Notes under the pieces: generated by a model
The model's input: the letters and a program-made list of their open reading frames with translations, nothing else
Told to the model about the DNA's origin: nothing
The model's database searches: none
In this document: piece by piece, positions 26,768 to 35,836 of the stretch
Layout of the letters: the number at the start of each line of letters is the position of its first letter
Position numbering within the stretch: the stretch's first letter is position 1
Assembly (NCBI GenBank): GCA_964585105.1
Contig: CAZPCL010000001.1
Span: forward strand, 1 to 36,745
DNA: 36,745 bases
Direction: 5' to 3'
From: an uncultured Methylobacillus sp.
GTDB lineage: Bacteria; Pseudomonadota; Gammaproteobacteria; Burkholderiales; Methylophilaceae
Translations under genes and position numbers: made by a program

Positions 26768-27971
26768 CTAATACCCAGCCAACTAGGAGCCAGATTGCTG
26801 CGCCAATCCAATTATTAAATAGACTCATACCTCCAATTAGCGGGAAAAAGCAAATAAAGATTAAGTTAAAAGATAGTGCTAAAAGTAGCCATTCCTGTTT
26901 TTTATATAAGGATTTTAAGCTTGAAAAAGCAATAGAGATAATCATACTAAAATATAATATAAATCCAATAATTCCTGTTTCTGATAATAATTCAAGAGAA
27001 ATATTATGCGGGTGAAAACAAACTCCTCCTCCCGACCCCCAGTAACCTAGATTAATACAAGCATCACGATATTGATGAAAACCTACACCATAAATTGGGC
27101 TTTCCATCCATACAGCGTATGCACTTTTAAAAACTAACATATAGTCAGAAGATCTAAAATTTGAAAGCTTATACAATAAGTCAGTAATCATTCGATCACT
27201 TAAATTTGGAAATGCTTGTTGGGCTAAAGCAAGAAAACTAATAATTAAGAACAAACTAAAAAGAATATATCTCCTTATATCTATGTATTGTTTGAATAAA
27301 CCAATACTTACTATACTTGCCCCACTGATAAAAATAATCAAAGCCATTCTTTCACCTGTTATATAAATAGATAATATTCCAAGTAATATTATTAAGAAAA
27401 TAAGAGATAAATTCTTAGTTGGACCTTGAAAATATCTGATAAAAAAACCAAGATATAACAGAAGGAATAAATATCTAGCTAGAAAAATACCAGGGACTGG
27501 ATTATCTCTAAAAGGACCTGTTAGTCGCGTATCCGTATTTGAGTATTTTGGGTTACCGAACAAATCTAACTCAAAAATATATTGCCACCAAATATCAATA
27601 ACAATAAAAATCAAGGTAAATAACAATGCTATTAGAAATTTCTTACGAGATTTGTGGTCTTGAAGAAGCCACATTGAAATAGCCATTGCAAATAGAGGCC
27701 ATCTTATAAATGCAAGAGAGTATAAAAAACTTTCTGAAGAGTTTACGCTTAATGGACTATTAATTAATAATAAATATAACCAGAAAATTAAACTAAAAAT
27801 AAACCATTTTTGGTTCAACCACACCCAGTCATTATTACTATAAGAGCGGTATAAAAATATGAGACCTATCAATAGAACAGTTACATCTGCAATGCCACGG
27901 AAAAATATTAGTAGTAGAGGTAAGCTAACAAGCAATACTTCCTCAAATTTAAATTTAGTAGCATTTATCAT
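26739..27971 (-). CDS. waaL: O-antigen ligase family (WaaL/Wzy_C) membrane protein
   Basis: Multiple TM segments, RLTGPF, ITGERMA, GVGFHQY, HPHNISLELLSETGIIG; ATG at 27971, TTG at 27974. Confidence 0.85.
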   Translation of the reverse strand: MINATKFKFEEVLLVSLPLLLIFFRGIADVTVLLIGLIFLYRSYSNNDWVWLNQKWFIFSLIFWLYLLLINSPLSVNSSESFLYSLAFIRWPLFAMAISMWLLQDHKSRKKFLIALLFTLIFIVIDIWWQYIFELDLFGNPKYSNTDTRLTGPFRDNPVPGIFLARYLFLLLYLGFFIRYFQGPTKNLSLIFLIILLGILSIYITGERMALIIFISGASIVSIGLFKQYIDIRRYILFSLFLIISFLALAQQAFPNLSDRMITDLLYKLSNFRSSDYMLVFKSAYAVWMESPIYGVGFHQYRDACINLGYWGSGGGVCFHPHNISLELLSETGIIGFILYFSMIISIAFSSLKSLYKKQEWLLLALSFNLIFICFFPLIGGMSLFNNWIGAAIWLLVGWVLVTSKNYKTS

Positions 27972-28149
27972 CAATAGTATTTTATTAATTACTCAATTAC
28001 TTAAATTAATTGGAAAAAATATGAAGTTAAATATAAAATTACCTCGTCCAATATCAGGTGATCTTATAGTTTATCTTTAAATAAATATTATATAAGAGTA
28101 TCGTAATTCATATATCACTATTTGTTAGATTATGAGAGAATAATTTATC

Positions 28150-28947
28150 ATGACTCTAAAAATAAACTCAATGCACACCTTTGTAATAAGCCTTCCTCAT
28201 GAAATTTTAAGGCGTAAAGCTATTCTAAAAAAACTAAATAATATCCCTGGTAATTTTGAATTTTTTGATGCAATAGATGGTAAAAAAATAAATTTGTTAG
28301 AGCACATAGATTATCAAGGATTAAAGAGAAGGCTTTGTTATGGAAAAGATCTAACTCGAGGTGAGTTAGGGTGCTTTTTCTCACATAGAGCGGTATTGGA
28401 AAAAATTGTTAAGAATAAGGTTGCTATTGCATTGGTACTGGAAGACGATGTGGTTTTATCTAGAGATTTTAAAATAGTTTTAGGTCGCTTAATTAATTGT
28501 TCTTATCCATGGGAGGCTATAAGGTTCCTGGGTAAACCAAAGATAACTAAAATGATGCAAAAAAAAGTAATAAGACTTTACAATGATTATTATTTGACAA
28601 GACTTGCAACATCTCCTGGAGGAGCTTACGCATATTTAATTTCCTATATAGGAGCAAAAAAGTTACTTAAATCTATGAAAAAAGTTTCATGTCCAAATGA
28701 CACAATTATGGGCTTACCATGGAAATCAGGTCTTGATGTGCTAACGGTTCAGCCAGGAATTGCCACATGGGACAAAAAATATGAATCCGCTATTGGCAAC
28801 CAAAGATATGAAAAAAATAAGCTTATTGGGTGGGAGCGATTAGTCTACCCATTAACAAGACTGCTATTTAAGCTCCAGGAAGGAGTATTAAAAAAAGTTT
28901 TCTATTTTTTTGGGTGCATTAAAGATAAAAGACTAAAAAATGGATAA
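28150..28947 (+). CDS. GT25-family glycosyltransferase
   Basis: FVISL...RR, FEFFDAIDG, GELGCFFSH, LVLEDD, AYLISYIGAKKLL. Confidence 0.92.
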   Translation: MTLKINSMHTFVISLPHEILRRKAILKKLNNIPGNFEFFDAIDGKKINLLEHIDYQGLKRRLCYGKDLTRGELGCFFSHRAVLEKIVKNKVAIALVLEDDVVLSRDFKIVLGRLINCSYPWEAIRFLGKPKITKMMQKKVIRLYNDYYLTRLATSPGGAYAYLISYIGAKKLLKSMKKVSCPNDTIMGLPWKSGLDVLTVQPGIATWDKKYESAIGNQRYEKNKLIGWERLVYPLTRLLFKLQEGVLKKVFYFFGCIKDKRLKNG

Positions 28948-29803
28948 ATATTTATTGGTAATTTTAAAGTTTATTGTTTCCTTAATCCCTTTATGTGTAA
29001 TTCAAGTAATGGGTGTCTTGATCGGACATATTTTCAACTTACTTAATACAAGAAGTAGAAATTTATTAGTGAGTAACCTTACAAATTCAAATATATATAA
29101 CAATAAGAGTGATTTAAAAAAAGCAATAAATAAAAATATTGGAGAAACAGGTAAAACTATTCTAGAAGGTTTTTCTATATGGTTAAGCAAAGAAAGTAGA
29201 ATTTTAAAATGGGTAAAAGAAGTTAAAGGTTTGGATGAAGTACATAAAGCACAAAAAAATAATAAAGGAATAATATTTTTAACTCCTCATTTGGGTTGCT
29301 ATGAAATAACTTCAATATATTACGGATCAAAATATCCTCTTACTGTTCTATATAGACCTCCAAGGCAAAAATGGTTAGTTAATTTGATTAAAAAAGGGAG
29401 GCAAAAGGGCTTAAATAAGTTAGCCCCAACAGATAAATCTGGTGTAAAGCAAATACTGAAAGCATTAAGAAATGGTGAAGCAGTTGGAATACTTCCAGAT
29501 CAGGCGGCAAACAAGGGAGAGGGTGAGTGGGTTGATTTTTTTGGTCGTCCAGCATATACAATGGTTCTAGTTAGCAGGCTAGCTAAGAAAACAGGGGCTA
29601 ATCTAGTAATGGCATTTGGAGAACGACTAGATAATGGAAAAGGATTTAAAATTCATTTTAAATCTTTAAAATCCGATGCGGTATCAACACCAAAAAAATT
29701 AAATAAGCTGCTGGAAGATGAAATTAGAAAAGCCCCTACACAATATTTATGGAATTACGATAAGCACAAGGGGCATGAGGTTCAAATTAAAAAATCTATT
29801 TAA
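28940..29803 (+). CDS. HtrB/LpxL-family lipid A (lysophospholipid) acyltransferase
   Basis: FLTPHLGCYE (H-x4-E), LYRPP, VGILPDQ, DFFGRPA, PTQYLWNY. Confidence 0.9.
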   Translation: MDKYLLVILKFIVSLIPLCVIQVMGVLIGHIFNLLNTRSRNLLVSNLTNSNIYNNKSDLKKAINKNIGETGKTILEGFSIWLSKESRILKWVKEVKGLDEVHKAQKNNKGIIFLTPHLGCYEITSIYYGSKYPLTVLYRPPRQKWLVNLIKKGRQKGLNKLAPTDKSGVKQILKALRNGEAVGILPDQAANKGEGEWVDFFGRPAYTMVLVSRLAKKTGANLVMAFGERLDNGKGFKIHFKSLKSDAVSTPKKLNKLLEDEIRKAPTQYLWNYDKHKGHEVQIKKSI

Positions 29804-29809
29804 ATTTCG

Positions 29810-30733
29810 ATGAAAAAAATAATAAAAGATAAAAATATTAAAAAAATTCTCTTTATCACATTATCCAATATTGGAGATGTGATTTTAACAACACCCACAC
29901 TCGAAGCGTTACATTCTAAATTTCCAAATGCAACTTTTGATATTGTTGGAGATAAGCGTTCAGAAATTTTGTTTAAATATTGTCCATATATAGATAACTT
30001 TTATCAAAAAAATAAAGAGTTGGGGTGGTTCGGTGTTTTAGCATTAATTAAAAAGTTAAGGAAAAAAAAATATGATCTAGCAGTTGATTTAAGGTCAGAT
30101 GGAATTTTATATTTTGTAAAAGCTACGAAAAAATTATTTAAGACTCCTAATAAGTCCAGTTTAAAAATCCATAGCGTCGAAAAACATTTTTTATCTCTTA
30201 ATAGAGTAGTTGAAAATAATATTCCATCAACCACTATTTGGCTTTCAGATTATGAAAAAGAACTGACCAATAAAATTTTTAGTGGATATAAGAACAAGCG
30301 TTTATTGACAATTGGAGTGGGAGCAAATTTTGAAGGAAAAATTTGGGGTATTTCTAATTACATAAAGTTAGCCAATATCTTAAATAACTTTTTTGATGTA
30401 ATTATTTTAGTTGGCGATAAATATGATGCTATTTTATCCAAAGATTTTGCTTTAGGCTATGAGGGAACAATTATTGACTGCTGTGGACATCATAATCTTT
30501 TAGAAACAGCTGCAATTATTAAAAAATCAGATTTCTTTGTCGGGAATGACTCCGGACTTGGCCATATTGCAAGTGCTGTAAACACAAAATCATTTACAAT
30601 TTTTGGTGTAGGCGAACCTACTAGGTATAGTCCTTGGGGTAAAAATGCTTCATGGCTACAAGATAAGAATTATGAGATCAATAATATTAACCCAAAAACT
30701 GTAGCAAATAATATTGTTGAGAAATTGAAGTAA
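29810..30733 (+). CDS. GT9-family glycosyltransferase (second copy, divergent from the first)
   Basis: ILFITLSNIGDVILTTP, YDLAVDLR, LLETAAII, FVGNDSGLGHIASA, IFG. Confidence 0.9.
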   Translation: MKKIIKDKNIKKILFITLSNIGDVILTTPTLEALHSKFPNATFDIVGDKRSEILFKYCPYIDNFYQKNKELGWFGVLALIKKLRKKKYDLAVDLRSDGILYFVKATKKLFKTPNKSSLKIHSVEKHFLSLNRVVENNIPSTTIWLSDYEKELTNKIFSGYKNKRLLTIGVGANFEGKIWGISNYIKLANILNNFFDVIILVGDKYDAILSKDFALGYEGTIIDCCGHHNLLETAAIIKKSDFFVGNDSGLGHIASAVNTKSFTIFGVGEPTRYSPWGKNASWLQDKNYEINNINPKTVANNIVEKLK

Positions 30734-30744
30734 CTATCGCCACT

Positions 30745-31218
30745 TTAATCTTTTGACATCCATACCCCTGATTTACCTCCATGCTTTTCTAGCAACTTAA
30801 TTTCTGATATCACCATATTTTTATCAGAAGCTTTACACATGTCATATATAGTAAGGAGTGCTATTGAAACAGCAGTTAACGCTTCCATTTCTACCCCTGT
30901 TTTACCTGAACACCCAACAGTTGATTGACAGTAAATCTTATTTTCTTTATTGCTTATCCTAAACTCAATATTAATGCTGTCTAAATTAATATTGTGGCAA
31001 AGAGGAATTAGACTCGATGTTTTTTTGGATGCCTGTATGCCTGCAATTTTTGCTACAGTTAACACATCACCTTTTTTTAAATTTCCAACTTCAATTAAAC
31101 GAATAGTTGCATTATTTAATTCAATAAGGCCAGATGCAATAGCAATTCTGTTTGAATCACTTTTTTTTGATACGTCAACCATTTTGGCATTACCATCTTT
31201 ATCAATATGTGTAAGCAT
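30745..31218 (-). CDS. moaC: Cyclic pyranopterin monophosphate synthase
   Basis: MLTHID..GNAKMVDVS, KKGDVL, LIPLCH, KTGVEMEALT, TIYDMCKA, GGKSG. Confidence 0.97.
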   Translation of the reverse strand: MLTHIDKDGNAKMVDVSKKSDSNRIAIASGLIELNNATIRLIEVGNLKKGDVLTVAKIAGIQASKKTSSLIPLCHNINLDSINIEFRISNKENKIYCQSTVGCSGKTGVEMEALTAVSIALLTIYDMCKASDKNMVISEIKLLEKHGGKSGVWMSKD

Positions 31219-31273
31219 AGGGTTATAATACTTTTTTATAATAATTTTAAATATAATAACTCTAAATAAAATT

Positions 31274-32704
31274 ATGCAGAAGCTTTTCCTCTCACTTTTC
31301 TTTTTTTCAGAAATCTTACTAGCTAATGAATTGCCTGATTTAGGTGATTATAGTGAAACTGTTATTGGCGCTCATGAAGAAAGTATTATCGGTAGCCAGA
31401 TTCTTCAAGAAGTTTACCAGAGTGATAGGGTAATTCGTGACATTGAAATTGAAGATTATTTAAATAAAGTAACAGATAAAATAGTAAAAGCAAGTGATTA
31501 TTCAGGAAGTGGGATTACATTTTTTATAGTTAATGATCCATCAATTAATGCATTTGCAATGTTAGGTGGGGTAATTGGAGTTCATACGGGTCTTATTTTG
31601 TCTGCAAGTACTGAGTCAGAACTTGCTAGCGTATTAAGTCACGAGGTTGCACATATTACTCAAAGACATGTTGCTAGAATGATTGGCAAACTTCAGAAAG
31701 ATTCCTTTAAATCATATTTAGGGCTCGGGTTAGCTTTATTGTTAGCACGCTCAAATCCTGATTTAGCTAGGGGAGCGCTTGCAGTTTCGCAAGCACTTGG
31801 AGTTCAAACTGTCTTAGACTTTACAAGAGAAAATGAAAAAGAAGCAGATCGTGTAGGTATTAAAATTCTAGATAAGGCAGGCTTTGATGTGAGAGGGTCT
31901 ATTGATTTTTTTAAAACCTTGCAGAAAGGTAGTAGATATTCGTCAGGAGCTTCACCTTCATTTCTTAGAACCCATCCAATTACTTCAGAACGTATCAGTG
32001 ATATTAAGGATCGCTTATCCAGCTACCCATATAAACAACGAGTTGATGACTTAAGCTTTCATTTTGTAAAAGGAAAACTTAGAGTATTTCTTAGGGATAA
32101 GAAAGCTATACAAAAAGAGCTAGAAATAAATGTGAAAAATAAAGCTTATGTTAATGAGCTTGGTGAAAGGTATGCTCTTGCTTATGCGTATCTATTAAAT
32201 GAAAATTTTAATAAGGCTCAAAGTGAATTGGAATGGATTATGAGTAAGAATATTGAGAATCCAATGGTAGAGCAATTACGAGTTGAAATTTTACTTAAAA
32301 GAGGCGATTTAAATAGTACATATCAAGTTTTATCAAGGGCATTAAAAAAATATCCAAATCATAGAATTTTTGTTTATGGATTAGCAAATTATTTTATTGC
32401 GAGAAAATTATCAGCAGAGGCTATTAAATTTTTAAGAAGTTACTTATTAGTTTTTCGAAATGATTCAAACCTTTATGAGCTTCTAGCAAAAGCATACTCG
32501 TTAAAAGGGATGCAGCTTTTGCAATATGAAAATCTTGCAGAATCATTTTATTACAAATACAACTTACAGGAGGCTATAGCCCAAATGGATATGGCAGTAA
32601 GGGCGCCTGATGGTGATTTTTATCAAAAGTCTAGGGTTGAAGCACGATTAAAACAACTTCAGAAAGAAAAAGAAATTTATGAGATAAGTAAAGAAAATCT
32701 ATAA
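31274..32704 (+). CDS. bepA: M48 metalloprotease with TPR-like C-terminus (BepA/YfgC)
   Basis: Signal peptide then LPDLG, INAFA, ESELASVLSHEVAH, RENEKEADRVG, FLRTHP. Confidence 0.9.
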   Translation: MQKLFLSLFFFSEILLANELPDLGDYSETVIGAHEESIIGSQILQEVYQSDRVIRDIEIEDYLNKVTDKIVKASDYSGSGITFFIVNDPSINAFAMLGGVIGVHTGLILSASTESELASVLSHEVAHITQRHVARMIGKLQKDSFKSYLGLGLALLLARSNPDLARGALAVSQALGVQTVLDFTRENEKEADRVGIKILDKAGFDVRGSIDFFKTLQKGSRYSSGASPSFLRTHPITSERISDIKDRLSSYPYKQRVDDLSFHFVKGKLRVFLRDKKAIQKELEINVKNKAYVNELGERYALAYAYLLNENFNKAQSELEWIMSKNIENPMVEQLRVEILLKRGDLNSTYQVLSRALKKYPNHRIFVYGLANYFIARKLSAEAIKFLRSYLLVFRNDSNLYELLAKAYSLKGMQLLQYENLAESFYYKYNLQEAIAQMDMAVRAPDGDFYQKSRVEARLKQLQKEKEIYEISKENL

Positions 32705-32725
32705 TAAGCATTATTTATTAATTCA

Positions 32726-32762
32726 ATATATATATTTAATTATACAAATGGAATAATTCTAT
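32726..32762 (+). promoter_or_regulatory. Candidate OxyR binding site upstream of ahpC
   Basis: ATAT-N7-TAAT-N7-ATGG-N7-CTAT against consensus ATAG-N7-CTAT-N7-ATAG-N7-CTAT (12/16); the very AT-rich background lowers specificity. Confidence 0.45.
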
Positions 32763-32802
32763 TAGAATGATATTTTAAAATAAATTAAAAAAGGAAGCAA
32801 CA

Positions 32803-33381
32803 ATGAGTTCATTAATAAATACTAATGTTATGCCTTTCAACTCTAAAGCGTACCATGCCAAAGATGAGTATGGCGAATTTATAGATATTACAGATGAGGA
32901 CTTAAAAGGACATTGGTCAGCAGTTGTATTTTACCCAGCAGATTTTACTTTCATATGCCCTACTGAGTTAAGTGACCTTGCAGATCACTACGAAGAATTA
33001 AAGAAATTAAATGTTGAAGTTTATGCAGTTTCAACAGACACTCACTTTAGCCATAAAGCTTGGCATGATTCATCTAAGTCAATTAAAAAAATAAAATTTC
33101 CAATGATTGGTGACCCAACAGGTGCAATGGCGAGAAATTTTGAGGTAATGATTGAGGAAGAAGGTCTCGCATTAAGAGGTACATTTATTATTAACCCTGA
33201 AGGGATAATTAAGACTATAGAAGTGAATGATCTTGGTATAGGACGTTCCGCAGCAGATTTAGTAAGAAAAGTTCAGGCTGCACAATATATTGAAGCGAAT
33301 CCAGATGAAGTTTGTCCAGCATCCTGGAAACCAGGGGCTGAAACTCTAAAGCCAGCAATAGATCTAGTTGGAAAAATTTAG
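32803..33381 (+). CDS. ahpC: Alkyl hydroperoxide reductase C (2-Cys peroxiredoxin)
   Basis: FYPADFTFICPTEL, STDTHFSHKAWH, EVCPASWKPG, DLVGKI; AAGGA RBS. Confidence 0.97.
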   Translation: MSSLINTNVMPFNSKAYHAKDEYGEFIDITDEDLKGHWSAVVFYPADFTFICPTELSDLADHYEELKKLNVEVYAVSTDTHFSHKAWHDSSKSIKKIKFPMIGDPTGAMARNFEVMIEEEGLALRGTFIINPEGIIKTIEVNDLGIGRSAADLVRKVQAAQYIEANPDEVCPASWKPGAETLKPAIDLVGKI

Positions 33382-33382
33382 A

Positions 33383-33988
33383 TTATTCAAATAAATTTTT
33401 TTGATTCATCTCCTTGAGAAGCGGGATAGTAATAGACCGTTTGGTTTTAAGTGACCAACGGTCTAATGCATCTAAAGTAGCAATCAGTGAATGTAAATCT
33501 CTTTTGTAATATCTTAGTAAATACTCAATAACCTCAATTTTTAGATTCAGACCTCTATCATTAGAATATTGACTTAAAGCAAGTTTTTTTTCAATATCTG
33601 AAAGCAAATTAAGTTTGTATACCAACCCCCAACTTAAACGACTTGCTAGGTCATCTCTTAACATCATTTTATTCGGATTATTATTTCCAGTTACTAATAA
33701 TTTTTTATGTGTTGACTTATGCTCATTAAAAATATTAAAAATATCAATTTGCTCATTTTTGTCTGCCTGATCAATATCTTCAATTGTTGTAATATTTTTA
33801 TTTTTTATTGCTTCTGCTAGATGAGATTTGCCACAACCATTCTCTCCCCATAAATAAATAAAGAAAACATCATTATTAGGCAAAACAAAATTATTTAATA
33901 AATCAAAACATTCTCTATTGTTGCCAACGATAAAATTATCAAATGTTTTTTGAATAGGTAATTTAATATTTAATAAAAGTTGTTCCAT
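33383..33988 (-). CDS. hda: DnaA regulatory inactivator Hda (short form)
   Basis: N-terminal QLLL clamp-binding motif, TFDNFIVGNN, YLWGENGCGKSHL, DLASRLSWG, LDALDRWSL..KRSITIPL; divergent from purM. Confidence 0.92.
   Translation of the reverse strand: MEQLLLNIKLPIQKTFDNFIVGNNRECFDLLNNFVLPNNDVFFIYLWGENGCGKSHLAEAIKNKNITTIEDIDQADKNEQIDIFNIFNEHKSTHKKLLVTGNNNPNKMMLRDDLASRLSWGLVYKLNLLSDIEKKLALSQYSNDRGLNLKIEVIEYLLRYYKRDLHSLIATLDALDRWSLKTKRSITIPLLKEMNQKNLFE
33433..33465. other. 12-bp stem-loop with one bulge inside the hda 3' coding region
   Basis: TAGACCGT(T)TGGT - TTTAAGTG loop - ACCAACGGTCTA, starting 52 nt after the ahpC stop; no U-tract on the + strand. Confidence 0.5.
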
Positions 33989-34081
33989 AAGATTTGATAA
34001 GATGAGAAATATCTATTGATACTAAATTAAGTTAAAATCACATTATACGTAAAGTATTCATTTTTTCAGAGGATAAATAAC

Positions 34082-35134
34082 TTGTCTCAAGATTCTTTCA
34101 ATAAAGATCAATCAATTTCATATAAAGACGCTGGCGTTAATATAAAAGCAGGGGATAAATTAGTAGAAAATATAAAACCTTTCGCCAAAGCAACAAATCG
34201 ACCTGAAGTGATGGGTGGGCTGGGTGGTTTTGGCTCATTATTTGAGATACCTAAAAAATTTAAACACCCTGTGCTAGTCTCTGGAACTGATGGTGTTGGA
34301 ACAAAGCTTAAATTGGCATTTGATTTAGATACGCATAATACAATTGGACAAGATCTAGTAGCAATGTGTGTAAATGATATTTTGGTGCAAGGGGCAGAAC
34401 CGTTATTCTTTTTAGACTATTTTGCATGTGGGGAATTAGATGTAGAAATGGCAACGGAAGTTGTAAAGGGAATTTCAGATGGATGTATATTGGCTGGATG
34501 TGCTTTGGTTGGAGGCGAGACTGCAGAGATGCCAGGTATGTATATCAAGGGGGAGTATGATTTGGCCGGATTTTGTGTAGGGGCAGTTGAACGCAGTAAG
34601 GTTATAGATGGTAAAAGTATTTCAGAGGGAGATGCGATAATTGGTATAGCGTCTTCCGGCCCGCACTCAAATGGGTACTCATTGATAAGAAAAATATTAG
34701 AGAAAGAGAAAGTAAATCTTAGCTATGATTTTGATGGGAAAACTTTTGGCGATGTTTTGATGGCGCCAACCAAAATTTATGTAAGATCAATTTTAAGTTT
34801 ATTAGAAAAAATTAAAGTGAATGGGTTGGCTCATATTACCGGAGGAGGTATTTACGAAAATATCCCTAGAGTACTAAAAGACAATCAAAAAGCAGTTATC
34901 AAAAAAGATTCATGGAATATGCCATTAATATTTCAATGGCTTAAGGAAAAAGCAAATATTAGTGATGAAGAACTATATAAAACATTTAACTGCGGGATTG
35001 GAATGGTAGTAATAACAAACCCTGATGATAAGGAAGAGGTAATAAGAATTTTAGAAAAAAATGGAGAAACTGTATTTGTGATTGGGGGAATAGCCAATAG
35101 AGATCTAAATGAACCTCAGTCTGAAATTATTTAA
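34082..35134 (+). CDS. purM: Phosphoribosylformylglycinamidine cyclo-ligase; TTG start
   Basis: [70 protein letters not shown]; GAGGA RBS. Confidence 0.98.
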   Translation: MSQDSFNKDQSISYKDAGVNIKAGDKLVENIKPFAKATNRPEVMGGLGGFGSLFEIPKKFKHPVLVSGTDGVGTKLKLAFDLDTHNTIGQDLVAMCVNDILVQGAEPLFFLDYFACGELDVEMATEVVKGISDGCILAGCALVGGETAEMPGMYIKGEYDLAGFCVGAVERSKVIDGKSISEGDAIIGIASSGPHSNGYSLIRKILEKEKVNLSYDFDGKTFGDVLMAPTKIYVRSILSLLEKIKVNGLAHITGGGIYENIPRVLKDNQKAVIKKDSWNMPLIFQWLKEKANISDEELYKTFNCGIGMVVITNPDDKEEVIRILEKNGETVFVIGGIANRDLNEPQSEII

Positions 35135-35831
35135 AAACTTATCGTTTTTAATACTTTTACTATGCGCTTTCAGCGTAGAAGCTAAGTTATTTCCAAAGAC
35201 TTTTCATAGTGAATATAAGTTATTACAGAAAAGTAACAATCTGGGTAGGGTAATTGTAGATTTTAACCAAAAAAATAATCAATATGAAATAAAGGCTATA
35301 ACAAAGGCAGAAGGAATATTAAAGCTTTTAGGAGATCGAGAAGTTATCAGTAAAGGGCAGTTGAGTATAGATGGATTTTCCCCAAAAATATTTAAATTAA
35401 AGAATAAGAAAAAACCAAAAAAGAATATTTTGGCAGTTTTTGATTATAAAGATAAGCAAGTGAAATTAGCTTATAAGCAAGAAACCAGAAATATTTTACT
35501 TAAAGAGAAACATTTTGATGTGCTAACTTATTTATATCAATTTAATTTTGAATCCCTAAGTAAAAAAAAATATACTTTTGAGGTCGTTGATGGGAAAAAA
35601 AGTCGAACATATATATACAATAGTGTTAGAAGTGAATTTATTAAAACTATTTATGGAAGTCTAGAAGTAGATGTTTACAAAGGTGAAATAAAAGGAAGAA
35701 GCAACTCAACACATTATTTATGGATCTTAAGAGGGCCATATAGAATTCCCATAAAGATTGAAATTAAAACAGATATTGGGATTGATATAGAGCAAATTCT
35801 AGTAAAAACAAATTTATTGCCAATCAAATAA
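35109..35831 (+). CDS. DUF3108-like exported protein
   Basis: Signal peptide ending VEA; [34 protein letters not shown]....YRIPIKI; position after purM. Confidence 0.7.
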   Translation: MNLSLKLFKNLSFLILLLCAFSVEAKLFPKTFHSEYKLLQKSNNLGRVIVDFNQKNNQYEIKAITKAEGILKLLGDREVISKGQLSIDGFSPKIFKLKNKKKPKKNILAVFDYKDKQVKLAYKQETRNILLKEKHFDVLTYLYQFNFESLSKKKYTFEVVDGKKSRTYIYNSVRSEFIKTIYGSLEVDVYKGEIKGRSNSTHYLWILRGPYRIPIKIEIKTDIGIDIEQILVKTNLLPIK

Positions 35832-35836
35832 AAAAA

